A DNA stretch of 64,000 bases from Amphiscolops sp. MND2022 (taxonomy: Eukaryota): positions 496,001-560,000 of the forward strand of contig OZ076409.1 of the NCBI GenBank assembly GCA_964187785.1, in the 5' to 3' direction. Of the stretch, positions 1 through 13,600 are shown piece by piece (position 1 is the stretch's first letter; the number at the start of each line of letters is the position of its first letter). The notes under the pieces were generated by a model that was not told where the DNA came from, made no database searches, and saw only the letters and a program-made list of their open reading frames with translations. The position numbers and the translations under genes are program-made.

Positions 1-3000
1 CACTTGTAACTTCTACTGGCACTTGGCATAGAGGTTACGGTTTTTTTGAGGTCTGCCAAGCAGAAGAACGTGGGTTCGAGTCCAACCTTGACGAAAATTT
101 TTTTGTGCAGGTTTTTTGGCTTTGTGATACTTTTTCGCAATTTCTTTATATGTCTCTAAAGGGTCCCCTTTCATTTTTTCCTATTTTGCAAAAGAATGGA
201 TGTTCAAAAACACCCAAAGGCCCCCTTTCACATTTTTTGACACTATGCGACTCACCAGAGACCAAAATATTCGAAAAAATTCAAAATAAAATCGGATTTT
301 TTTCACTTTTTTCCTCACGCGGAAACAAGAGAATACTTGACACAATGAAGTCCTTTTGCTATTTTTGAGCCTTAGATATGGAGCCGACTTGGGCCGTTCC
401 CGGCTTGTTTTTTCTTCAGACAACAATCCCCACACTAATCGGTTCACTCTTTAGAAACAATCCTGAAACCACCTAAGGCTAAGTAAACTTAACCCAAAAG
501 TCCCCCTTTCAGTTCTACTTTTTCAAGGTAACCTACAAAACCGGACGGTACTAAAAGAGTCTCCCCTTTCGATTTTTTTCGGCACTGTGTGACTTTTTTC
601 GAAAAAATTTTTAATGTTCCAAAAGGGTCCCTCCTTCGAGTTTTTTCATAATTTGCAACTGAATGTGTGTTAATGCATCCCAAAGGGTCCCCCCTTTTAC
701 ATTTTTTGGCACTATGCGACTTTTTTTGGATTTTTTTTCTTCAAAAATTACAAGCTTTTTTCCAAAAAAATTTTTTCCGCTTTTTGAGGCCAAAAGGCCA
801 ATTCCGGTCAGCGGAATTCAGTGCAAAAGGGTCCCCCCTTTCATTTTTTACTATTTTACCGTAGCCCTACAAAACCGGACGAGACTAAAGCGTCCCCTCT
901 TTTGATTTCTTTCGGCATTGTGCGACTTTTTTTCAAAAATTCTTTAATGTATCAAAAAAGTCCCCCTTTCGAGTTTTTGATATTTTGCAACAGAATATAT
1001 GTTAATAAAGCCTAAAGGGTCTCCCTTTTACATTTTTCGGCATTATAAGACATTTTCTGAAAGAAAAAAATTCAAAAATTTCAAGTGTTTTCCAAGAAAA
1101 TTTTTTCCCGCTTTTTGAGCCTTAGATATGGGGCCGACTTTAGACGATCTCGTCTTGTTTTTTTTTCAGCTGACAATCTCACTCTGAATGGTCCATTTTT
1201 TACAATTTTCATGATCCACTAACTGTCACACTTGTAACTTCTACTGGCACTTGGCATAGAGGTTACGGTTTTTTTGAGGTCTGCCAAGCAGAAGAACGTG
1301 GGTTCGAGTCCAACCTTGACGAAAATTTTTTGTGCAGGTTTTTTGGCTTTGTGATACTTTTTCGCAATTTCTTTATATGTCTCTGAAGGGTCCCCCTTCA
1401 TTTTTTCCTATTTTGCAAAAGAATGGATGTTCAAAAACTCCCAAAGGCCCCTTTTCACATTTTTCGACACTATGCGACTCACCAGAGACCAAAAAAAATT
1501 CGAAAAAATTCAAAATAAAATCGGATTTTTTTCACTTTTTTCCTCACGCGGATACAAGAGAATACTTGACACAATGAAGTCCTTTTGCTATTTTTGAGCC
1601 TTAGATATGGAGCCGACTTGGGCCGTTCCCGGCTTGTTTTTTCTTCAGACTACAATCCTCACACTGATCGGTTCACTCTTTAGAAACAATCCTGAAACCA
1701 CCTAAGGCCAAGTCCGGCCAAAGCAAACTTAGCCCAAAAGTCCCCCTTTCAGTTCTACTTTTTCAAGGTAACCTACAAAACCGGACGGTACTAAAAGAGT
1801 CTCCCCTTTCGATTTTTTTTCGGCACTGTGCGACTTTTTTTCGAAAAAATTTTTAATGTTCCAAAAGGGTCCCCCCTTCGAGTTTTTTCATAATTTGCAA
1901 CTGAATGTGTGTTAAGGCACTATGCGACTTTTTTTGGAAATTTTTTTTCAAAAATTACAAGCATTTTTCCAAAATTTTTTTTCCGCTTTTTGAGGCCAAA
2001 AGGCCAAGTCCGGTCAGCGGAATTCAGTGCAAAAGGGTCCCCCCTTTCATTATTTACTATTTTACCGTAGCCTACAAAACCGGACGAGACTAAAGGGTCC
2101 CCCCTTTCGATTTCTTTCGGCATTGTGCGACTTTTTTTCAAAAATTATTTATTGTATCAAAAAAGTCCCCCTTTCGAGTTTTTTGATATTTTGCAACAGA
2201 ATATATGTTAATAAAGCCCAAAGGGTCTCCCTTTTACATTTTTCGGCACTATGCGACATTTTCTGAAAGAAAAAAATTCAAAAATTTCAAGTTTTTTCCC
2301 AAAAAATTTTTTCGATTTTTGAGCCTTAGATATGGGGCCGACTTTAGACGATCTCGTCTTGTTTTTCTTTTTCAGCTGACAATCTCACTCTGAATGGTCC
2401 ACTTTTTACAATTTTCATGATCCACTAACTGCCACACTTGTAACTTCTACTGGCACTTGGCATAGAGGTTACGGTTTTTTTGAGGTCTGCCAAGCAGAAG
2501 AACGTGGGTTCGAGTCCAACCTTGACGAAAATTTTTTTGTGCAGGTTTTTTGGCTTTGTGATACTTTTTCGCAATTTCTTTATATGTCTCTAAAGGGTCC
2601 CCTTTCATTTTTTCCTATTTTGCAAAAGAATGGATGTTCAAAAACACCCAAAGGCCCCGTTTCACATTTTTCGACACTATGCGACTCACCAGAGACCAAA
2701 ATATTCGAAAAAATTCAAAATAAAATCGGATTTTTTTCACTTTTTTCCTCACGCGGAAACAAGAGAATACTTGACACAATGAAGTCCTTTTGCTATTTTT
2801 GAGCCTTAGATATGGAGCCGACTTGGGCCGTTCCCGGCTTGTTTTTTCTTCAGACAACAATCCCCACACTAATCGGTTCACTCTTTAGAAACAATCCTGA
2901 AACCACCTAAGGCTAAGTAAACTTAACCCAAAAGTCCCCCTTTCAGTTCTACTTTTTCAAGGTAACCTACAAAACCGGACGGTACTAAAAGAGTCTCCCC

Positions 3001-4503
3001 TTTCGATTTTTTTCGGCACTGTGTGACTTTTTTCGAAAAAATTTTTAATGTTCCAAAAGGGTCCCTCCTTCGAGTTTTTTCATAATTTGCAACTGAATGT
3101 GTGTTAATGCATCCCAAAGGGTCCCCCCTTTTACATTTTTTGGCACTATGCGACTTTTTTTGGAATTTTTTTTTCAAAAATTACAAGCTTTTTTCCAAAA
3201 AAATTTTTTCCGCTTTTTGAGGCCAAAAGGCCAATTCCGGTCAGCGGAATTCAGTGCAAAAGGGTCCCCCCTTTCATTTTTTACTATTTTACCGTAGCCC
3301 TACAAAACCGGACGAGACTAAAGCGTCCCCCCTTTTGATTTCTTTCGGCATTGTGCGACTTTTTTTCAAAAATTCTTTAATGTATCAAAAAAGTCCCCCT
3401 TTCGAGTTTTTGATATTTTGCAACAGAATATATGTTAATAAAGCCTAAAGGGTCTCCCTTTTACATTTTTCGGCATTATAAGACATTTTCTGAAAGAAAA
3501 AAAATCAAAAGTTTCAAGTTTTTTCCAAGAAAATTTTTTCCCGCTTTTTGAGCCTTAGATATGGGGCCGACTTTAGACGATCTCGTCTTGTTTTTTTTCA
3601 GCTGACAATCTCACTCTGAATGGTCCATTTTTTACAATTTTCATGATCCACTAACTGTCACACTTGTAACTTCTACTGGCACTTGGCATAGAGGTTACGG
3701 TTTTCTTGAGGTCTGCCAAGCAGAAGAACGTGGGTTCGAGTCCAACCTTGACGAATTTTTTTTGTGCAGGTTTTTCGGCTTTTTGATACTTTTTCGCATC
3801 TTCTTTAAGTGTCTCTATAGGGTTCCCCTTCATTTTTTCCTATTTTGCAAAAGAATGGATGTTCAAAAACTCCCAAAGGCCCCCTTTCACATTTTTCGGC
3901 ACTATGCGACTCACCAGAGACCAAAAAAAAATTCGAAAAAATTCAAAATAAAATCGGATTTTTTTTCAATTTTTTCCTCACGCGGATACAAGAGAATACT
4001 TGACACAATGAAGTCCTTCTGCTATTTTTGAGCCTTAGATATGGAGCCGACTTGGGCCGTTCCCGGCTTGTTTTTTCTTCAGACGACAATCCTCACACTG
4101 ATCGGTTCTTTCTTTAGAAACAATCCTGAAACCACCTAAGGCCAAGTCCGGCCAAAGCAAACTTAGCCCAAAAGTCCCCTTTCATTTTTACTTTTTCAAG
4201 GTAACCTAAAAAACCGGACGGGACTAAAAGAGTCTCCCCTTTCGATTTTTTTTCGGTACTGTGCGGCTATTTTCGAAAAAATTATCAATGTCACAAATGG
4301 GTCCCCCTTCGAGTTTTTTTCATATTGTGCAACTGAATGTATGTTAATAAATCCCAAAAGGTCCCCCTTTTACATTTTCCGGCACTATGCGACATTTTCA
4401 GAAAGAAAAAAATTCAAAAATTTCAAGTCTTTTTCGAAAAATTTTTTTCCCGCTTTTTGAGCCTTAGATATTGCGCCGACTTTAGACATTCTCGTCTTGT
4501 TTT
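1..4503. repeat. Tandem array of ~1.2-kb composite units built from Helentron-type non-autonomous (HINE/DINE-1-like) elements; A/B higher-order dimer
   Basis: CACTTGTAACTTCTACTGGC recurs at 1, 1229, 2435 and 3661 (periods 1228/1206/1226). Unit 1 resembles unit 3 and unit 2 resembles unit 4 (for example, GCCAAGTCCGGCCAAAG occurs only in units 2 and 4). Each unit has two element ends of the type GAGCCTTAGATATGGNGCCGACTT...CTTGTT. Confidence 0.9.
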
Positions 4504-5734
4504 TGAATGCGAAGGTTAGCTTTTCTGGGAAATTAGTTCAGGTGCAAATTGCGGAAAGTTAGAAGCGCAGGATGTTAATAGAATTGTGAGCGGTTCAAAT
4601 TGCACAGGACGAAATTATGTGGTCACTGGTCTCTTACTCGTAACTGGATGCAGGCGGAGCTGTCAGCGTACGAATAGTTATTTCCAGGAAAGCGCCTCTC
4701 GCTGCTACGAGAAATGAACAAACTAGCACTGCCTCACTGCTTCCAAATTGGACGGGACCAATTGGGACGATAGAAGTCTGGAAAAAATCACGGCTTTTGT
4801 ACCATCTCATCTTACGGGAAATATTAAAGGGCGACCCTCTGTGCTTTTAGTTTGCACTCAGTTGCAAAATATTGCAGTGTTCAGAAGGGGCGGAGCATCT
4901 AACTAGTAGTATTTTATGGACAATCCAAAAATACTTTGATACTTCAAACCAGGCAGGAACGTCCCAAGTCCGCGCTACCTTCAAGGCTTAGAAACCGCAA
5001 AGTTTTATTCTGAAAACTCGAAACTCCACTTCCTCTTAAGTGAAATGCAACTTACTTTTGGCATAACCCTTTGGGCTTTTTGAACATCCAATTTCTTGCA
5101 AAATATCAAAAAAATCGAAAGCCGGACCCTTTAGTCCAGTACGATTTTGTATCGTTAAAAAGGAATAATGAAAGGGGCCCTTCGCGCCAAATTATATACA
5201 TTTCCGAAGTGTTCGTTTAGTTGAACAAACTAAACAAAAAAGTGTCCTTTTCAGTGGGTGTTTTGAGAAAAACAGGCGCTAAGGTGATTAGGACAAGGCT
5301 TGCAAAGAATACTAGTTTACACCAGATAAATTCAGGATAAAAACTGTTCGAATACAGGGACCTTGATGTAAAAGATAGTACCGTGAAGTTGAAAATTGAA
5401 GTTCACTGACTTTAGGAATACTTCGACTAAAGAATGAAAAGCTTGAAAGTGGATAACTTTCATCTTGATAGTGAACCTTGATCGAATTTGAGAGAAAATA
5501 CTTTTTGTCGAAAATTGAGCACGTTAAATAACACTACTATTTTTTTCTACGGGAAGGCTTCGAGAGTGCTCGTGAAAATGTTGAACTGTCGTGTCAAAAT
5601 CTCGGGTGGCGTTTGATAGATTGAAAAGTCGCATTTGATCATGCGTCTTTTTCCGTGACTGAAGGAAAATGTTCTGAGGAGCAATCATAGAGGGACGGAA
5701 AATTTTCTACGAGAGGGCCCCAAGAATTGATCAT
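4460..5734 (+). repeat. Left arm of ~1.25-kb inverted duplication (partner 25933-27235)
   Basis: TTTTGAATGCGAAGGTTAGC...GAGAGGGCCCCAAGAATTGATCAT is the reverse complement of ATGATCAATTCTTGGGGCCCTCTC...GCTAACCTTCGCATTCAAAA. Confidence 0.92.
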
Positions 5735-7617
5735 GGAAATAAACGAGGCAATTAAACGAATACCTCAAATGGTTCCCGAAATTTTATTGACTAAACCGCA
5801 AAACGCGGGATTTCAAGTTAGTTGTTCAACAGGAAGACCCCCAGAGTGCACCGTGAAAAGTTATTCACCCATCATGTCAGTAGCTCAAATGGTTCCGAAG
5901 ATAATAGTAGCCAACGGATTAGAAACCATTAGTGTTCAGATTCGACCATCAAGTTTTCTGAGGGGAAAAGTTTATGTTGGAACATCCGTCGACCAAAACT
6001 TTTTTACTAGATGGTAGTCCAGAGTCGTTCGGATTTTTTTCGAACCGGAACGCGCCGACTAAAAACGGCAGTGATGGTCTCGCGTTGGAAGCGATTCGGA
6101 CTTGCATTTATATTGCAATATTTATAAATTGCATTCATATTGCAATATTACTTTTCAATGCTGAAAATTTTTGCTGTTTCCAATGAACCTTGTCCTTGTT
6201 TCCGGGAATTTCTTTGGAAAAAGACGGTGGGGTAAGAAAATAATATTAGCTATTTCAGGTTTTTAAAAATGTGCATAAAACATTATCATCAATGGTAGAA
6301 ATGTTAAATACAAAATTGTAAATTGCTGCAACACTGCCCAATGCTCTGCTCCGATTCAAATTCACAGAAAATGAAGGGATTGTAAAAATATAAAGAATAG
6401 CAACTAATTGATAGAAAACATTCAAGACACGATAGGCAGTGGTTGTGTGTCGGCGGCGGCATCCACCTTTACACTTTCTCCTTAATGCTTAAACACCTCG
6501 AGCAATAAATAACGTGCCATGGCGATTAAAGTCGAACGCATCCAAATATTGGACAATATGCGGCGTTGTTATTTCAACAGAAGGAAGAAAACATTACTAG
6601 TAAACACTTAATTAGTCAATACATGTTCGCTGTGACACCAATTTCGGATAAAAGAAAACCTGAGAAAACAATATAGTCGCAAAAAAGTTGGTTGTGCGCG
6701 TTTCATTCCAGGATTTGCCAGCTTACGCAGACATAAACAGACTCGACTCAAATCATCATCGAGAACCATAGAACCAATACAATCGACAACGGTCTTGTTT
6801 ATCAAAGGCCGCATATTGAAGAACCTGTTACGGCAACCGCGGTTAACAGGAGTTTCTCTCTGATCGGACGTGGGAAGCAAGAGTCCCTGGGTTCGAATCC
6901 CGCGCTAGACAATTTTTTAAATATTTGCAAAGGTACACGAAAGACCAAAGGGTCGCCGTTTTTCGGCTAAGTGCTACTTTTTACGATAATGTTTTTTTCC
7001 ACTAGAGGTTCCGTTGCTTCGTTTTTTTGCCCTTAGCTTATAAACTCAAAAACGCGTTTTTTGAGCCCAAAGGGTCACACTTTTAGGTAATGTGGTCGGC
7101 ACGCACCGTGAGAGATTTCTTAAGTGGTTTTTTGGGACATTACGTGTGGTGGGTGGTGTCCTGTCTGTCCTTCACACAGCCACGTGTTGAGGTAGTGGAA
7201 TTACTGCACTGCGTTAACTGCACATCCAATTACTGTATTAGACATTGAGTTCATACGTACATGTAGGTCATTGCTATCTACAGTGGTAGTAGTGGTAGCT
7301 TTACAGTGAATTTCTTTACTCATTCATTCAACATAAACATTTCAAACTGATAGAAAATAAAGCGGCGGCGAGGGCGACTGTACTGTATCACAAAAGTTGG
7401 TCTTTGTCAAAATGACCAGCATTGAAGAAGTGTTAGAAAAGACCATTTCTCTTTCTCTCTGTCTCTGTTTTATTGCACATGGTACAAGGAGAAGGGTGAG
7501 GTTGAACTAAAGCTGCAGCCTCCACTACTTGTGTATTTGTCACCGTACTTCGTCGCCATGTGCACTGATTGTCTCTACTGATTGACTACAGTACATGTAC
7601 ACATGGTCAGTGGTCAC

Positions 7618-10600
7618 TCACGTCTTGCTGCTCTTTTCTGATTGGCTCAGCAGCTCCACACTTTCTGATGACGTCACAAGTTTCACCGCTTCTGGACTGG
7701 TCGGGGTCAGCTGACAGTCTGAAAATCAAATCAAATCAGGTCAGGTCAAGTCAGTTAACTGTTCACTTCACTATACATAGTACTGTACTTCAGTCATAGT
7801 CACTGTATATAGTCCCTGTCTGTACTGTACTTCACTCCGAAGCTCAGCAGAAATTATTTTTTTCTGGAACTGTAAACAGGTAGAATAAGATATACGTGCA
7901 AAAAACGATTTAGGCTATTTCACTGTTCACTTTTACTGAGTCCTGTGCAAGCAGTGTTGGGAAAAAATCGGATTTTTATTTAAAAAATCAATAAATCGGA
8001 TTTTTTTTATTTGAATCGGATTTTTTTTTATTTAAATCAAAGTCACCTACAGTGTTAGTTTGAAAACATTTTCACTGCATAATTCAGATGATACACTTAG
8101 AAAGCATAATATAATACTTCACAATCATCGGGACATGTTCAAGGTTTTCAGAACGGAAACCATCTTTGCTGATTTTTCCACTCCTAGGCGATTGCACTCC
8201 TTGGAGTGTACCCAACTTTAGGTTGAAAAATTCTCTCCAGGTCCGCCGTTGAGGGTTAACAGCTCAGGATGCACTGAATAGTTTCCTTCACTATATACAA
8301 ATAACACAGAATTGATCCAACTAAAAACGCTTTGATTTAAATGTTGATTTAAATCGGATTTTTACTGTTGATTTAAATCAATTGATTTAAATCAGCCAAC
8401 ACTGTGTGCAAGTGAAATCAGTCAAATACATGCTGCAGAGAACTCGGTTGACCTCTTACACAATTGTGCAGTGTTGTACCCTGTTTACCACAGTAATGTC
8501 ATTCATTTCTGAATAATCTACACTTACATCAAAGCAAGCCTCATGAATTGCAAACTTGACTGAATTTTCACTTGGAGACAACTGGTAAACTCGGAAAACT
8601 CCAAACATAAAATTTTCAGTGTGGAATCAGAAATATATCATGGACAACAAAAGTCATAGCCATCGACATTGAGGATTTGAATGTCTGCCTTAATGGATAC
8701 TGCAACGACTCTTTTTTCGTTGCACCAGAAAAGGATGCATTTGACAAAGAAATTCATGGCAGCGAGAGAGGAGAGCACGATTTCAGAATCCTTAATCTCA
8801 AAAACAGCAATGATATCCGAATCCTAAATATCTTAAATGTAAAAATATTTCACACGACACCGGGGCGCGAACGAAAGCTTACCTCTGCACCACGGAGAGT
8901 TAAAACGGAGTGATTTTTAGTTTTATTTAATCCACACTGTACACGTTGCGGTGTTTCCATGAAATTTTTGACCACACGGTTTTACTCTTAAGCAATGAAC
9001 TTTGCTCTTGAAATCTGTCGTTGAATTGAGTTCGAATCAACCACAGTCTAAACAAACACCCTCTCCCATTTCCCTCCCAACTCAATAAACTCCCACCCTC
9101 ACACGCACAAAAGAGTTTCACACACTCATCCTTTATTCTGATAAATCTTGAGATAGTCATCCCAAACAAAGGTAGTTTTGTTTGGCTTCCAGTGTTTCTT
9201 CTTGTGCTCCCTAAATATTCTTAAGGAGAAAAACAATATACAAAGGGGAAAAACTTAATAACGCGACTTGATGAAAACGGACTGCAGAAGTTTGCTGTTC
9301 TAAATTCTTTGTTACAGCAGGCCTTCTTTTTAATTATCTTCCAAGTTTTTTGTCACACATGCTTGCATTGTTTCCAGTGTCCCTCGATTTGCGCTCATCT
9401 CTGCCCGCCGCATTTGGTTTTAAATTTAGTTTCTTCTGATCAGTAACAGTTCCGTGCCAATATATTTGATTGTACTTTCAATCTAAAATGAACCCAATAT
9501 CTGCACCCTTTTCCTCTGTGCAATCTTTCACCTCCTCTTCCCTCTCTCTATCGTTCAATTCATCTTACTCCCCTTCCTTTCTTTAAAAGTTTCGTCGCCT
9601 GGTTACACAACGTCTACGTCTGATTCACCCGTCAGCCAAAAAACTCACAAACCGAAAAGCCTACTGGCTCGTTTAATAAAAGCCGGCAAATTACAAAAAA
9701 ATAAAAGATGTCTTTTACCGGAAGATTCCAATCCGTGAGACGGACTCCATTGACATTTTAATAGGCAATACTTTGGAATCGCGAGTTTTAAAGGTTATGC
9801 CCTCAGTATAGTTCCCGGTAAGATTTACGAGCGGGACAGATATAGAGTTGTTGTCGCAAACGGGGACAGGGGAGGCAGCATTGGACTAGGCAGTAGCTTG
9901 GGTGGAACTATAAAAGCGGCAACTGCTGGTGCAGAGACAAAAGTGAACCACATCTCAAGTAGGCTTGAAATCTGCTCAACAAAAGACCTGAATTACTGCC
10001 CTTCCCACACAATCCCGAAGGTGGCCACCGGTATGTACGGAACTTTTGAAGCTGTTCTGCAGCCAGCTCCCCATGGGACTGGAATCAAAGGTTGTTGTAA
10101 CCAGAGTTTTGCTAAAATTAAGTGGAGTACACGATAGCTATACTGTTCCTACTGTGATTGAAAAGAAAACTGATTGAAAAGCTTGAAGATACCTGAATTC
10201 GTTTCTGGTTTTGAACATTATGCTTAAAATTATCTGTGAAATTATCTGCAATTTTCAGTGAACGTGATTTAATTGTTTCGCATTTTGTAAACGTATGCTG
10301 GTATTGACCTCATAAATTGAGAAAGTTCTTGTGAATTCTGTTTTGGAATATCATTTGCAATACTATATTTGGAAAAGTCTTTTAAAAAGGTTTAAGACCC
10401 AGGTCGCCAGTAGTTAAATCTACAGAGGTGGTTCCAATCCTTGATTACGTGTTAAGTCGCTACGTGTTAAGGGGATGTGTATAATTGAGTGTGCCTGTGT
10501 GCGTATAAGGGAAAAAGGTTTCAACGAAAAAACATTGAATTATTTCTTGTCAAACTGACTCCTTCGATGTCTCACATGGTTTCTTGGTAGCCAGAAGATC

Positions 10601-13600
10601 TACGGCGCACTTGAAATCACATTGCGTTGCTTTTCCGCGCCACAGTGTAGAATTCTAAATATCGCAACTACGCCATTATGAAATAATTCAAGGGTCGAAT
10701 TTATCGCAAACTGTCCCAATCACGAAAACGGTCAGTACAAAAGTTTCCTAGAGCTTTATTTAGAGTACAAAAATGTTTTAATATATTTTTAGTCGCGGCC
10801 GTGCACGGTCGTTTGAGTTTCAGTGCAACTGTTGCAATGGAAAACTACGTATAACCCAAATATGCTCGTGTTTATTCAATCGTATATTATTTTTGGCATG
10901 CAGTATGCTTTTGTGTTCAGAAATATTGACTGCATATGAACCTATATACGACTGTTTTTTTCAGTCAATTTCTTAGACAATTTCAGCCTTTAGTACGCTA
11001 GTGTTTGATGAAAGGTAGACAGCATATATCCTATGTATGCTTGTGTGTATGTAATGCATATATCCTATATAAGCCCATTAATATTCAAACTTGGTCGATT
11101 TTGATGCATTTTTAAAACGACGTTTTCACTTGTCAATCTGATTTCCAGTTGCTCAGCCTATGAAGTTAAAGCAAAAACAGTTCTAGCAAAACTATTGAAG
11201 CCACTCAAAAAATATCGCAAACAATACAAAGGTACTTGAGCTTTGAAAAACAAGAACTTAGTTGGATAAGTATCAAGTTTCTATTCGCTGTCTCTCTAAA
11301 AAATCACTGATTCTGGTCAGGTTCCGTCGTTTCCTTGGTCCTCGTCGCTTCCAAAGTCCACATATCGTTCGATATCAGACAGCAGGTTTCTTTGTATGGG
11401 TGCCGAATCTGTATCCGATTTTTCTAATCACATTGTAGTGAAAGTCATTCATACTTTGCGGGATCTAGAATGGTAACTCCCACAAAAGTGGGCTTGTTCC
11501 ATAAGATCTTTTTCTTCCTCAAAATCAAAGCAGACAAGTTCTGGTCGAAGATTTTAAATTCGTGGAGTACGTTATGAAGTTTGCTTCACCTCATCTTCTA
11601 AGCGCTCACAGTGCAAGTTTATTCTCCTTCGTTTACTTTCAAGTGTTTTTCCGTAGCAGCGATTGTTCAAGAGTTTGTAGAAATCTCCATTGTAGAAATC
11701 ATTCCAATTTGTTTTCTGCTTGTCGTTTAGCTGACTTCACCTAAATGTATGGTTTCAGACAACACTCCTGATGAAACTGTAGTAGGTTTGCTGATGTAAA
11801 GTTGTTCAGCGGTAGTGGAAATTTTTCCACGATTCTCCTTTACAGGTTTTTGCCCTCTAGTAAAACACCTTAAGTTTCTTCTTGCGTGGGGTCATGGTTT
11901 CCGAGATACTTGTTGTTCGTTTTCTTGAGTCGACACTCGAAAACCGAACCGACTCCACCGCGTATCATGTTTTTAACCATCTACAAGTGCTCTCGCTCTG
12001 TAATTAGACAAAGAACTGCTCAGCAAGTTCAGGAGAAACGTATCGCCTGACAAGCGTGAGCTCGAAAGGCATTGAAGGCAGTTCAGTTCAAAAGTTTCAT
12101 AGCACCCTTCGGAATTCTTCGGCTACACAAGCTAGCAGTAGTGTATGTTTTCAAATAAAAATCATGTCACATAGGCGAAGCGGTGCTTCGCAACAGATGA
12201 AGCATCGATTATTTTAATATGCGTATATATACAGTATTATTTTAATCGCATGCGTATATATTCAACAGTTCAACTTTGTTCAATAACGTCCCTATGGCAC
12301 AGTGGTCAACGCTTATGCCGTGCAATCGGGAGGCTGCAGGTTCGAATCTCTCTGGGGTTTTGGCTTTTGTCTAAAAGGCGCTCATTATGAAGTTGGCTAT
12401 TGTGGAAAAAAAACTTATTTAGCTGGACTGCAATGCACATTGACTTCGTCATGTGCAATAATCACCGAGGTTTTAACAAATGAAGGATTTAAAAACAAAA
12501 TTTGTGTTGCCATTGTTCGTCAATAACGCTCTGCTCTCCTTTTTCCAGCGAGTTTTCCAGGAATCTATGAGAGGTAACGCAGTATCATGGAATTTTGAAC
12601 GGTCATGAAAATATGAATAAGGATAAAAAGCTTTTCTGTGAAGCAACCGTCTTTTTTTCTGGATAACTACTAGAGTGACTATCTAAACAAGTGAATTTAT
12701 CTGTTGGAAGATTGCTGACTAATTGTTCCAGCGAGTTTGCTGAAACGGAAAGAATCGACAAACCTGTGATACTCGTAAACTGTTTCGTTTTCAAACCGTT
12801 TTCAGTCAGTGCTTCATGAAGAGAAACGCGGCTATACAGTGGCTTTATGTTTAAATCCACACAAACTGACCAAAATAGTTCTTTAAAGTTCTACGACACT
12901 GTAGGGTGTCAAATTGAACCAGTCGGCCCAAAGAACAAAAAAAAGTTGTTCCTTTTTTCAGCGCAACATACAAAACTGGGCGAGACTAAATGATCTGTTT
13001 TTCGGCTTTGTGACTTTTTCGGAAAACTTTTATTCAATTCAAAGGGTCCCCTGTCAATTCTTTTTGATGTTTTGCGACAGAAATAATGCAAAAGCCCAAA
13101 GTCCCGCCACTCGATTGTTCTTGGCCTTGTGAGATTTTTTTTCGGAACACTTTTATCCATTTCAAAGGGTCCCCGGTCAATTCTTTTTGATGTTTTGCAA
13201 CAGAAACTTTGACCAATCCCAAAAGGTCCCCCGGCGCGCCAAATCGGTCCAACTTCCGAGTTTTTCGAGTACTGTGAAAAAGAAACCGCGCTATTTTTAG
13301 CCTCAGATATGGCACCGACCTATTCCGTTCCAGGTTTGTCTTTATACGAGCAAACTCTCACGGTAAAAATCTACACTTAGACAATTTTTGCTTGTTTGTG
13401 GTAGAACATTTATTCTGCAGTCTTTGATACTTGTGTGCAACGACAAATTAGGTTGAGCGTTTTACGCTTTAGGTTGCATTCTTTGTGAGCGACTCCCAGA
13501 GAGTTACCACTATAATGGCCAGGCCCAGCATTTTATCCTCTTCGCCGAAAGGTTTCTCATTAATCCAGCGGTGAATTATTTCACCTGGATCTACTGGTGC

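Noticed and set aside
105..4519. Short F/K-rich ORFs in the array and in other HINE copies
   Set aside because: Translations of low-complexity T/A-run repeats with no protein motifs.
5727..6880. Short ORFs and degenerate coding-like sequence (also 8560-9400 and 29160-30100)
   Set aside because: No motif could be identified by eye; a translated search would be needed.
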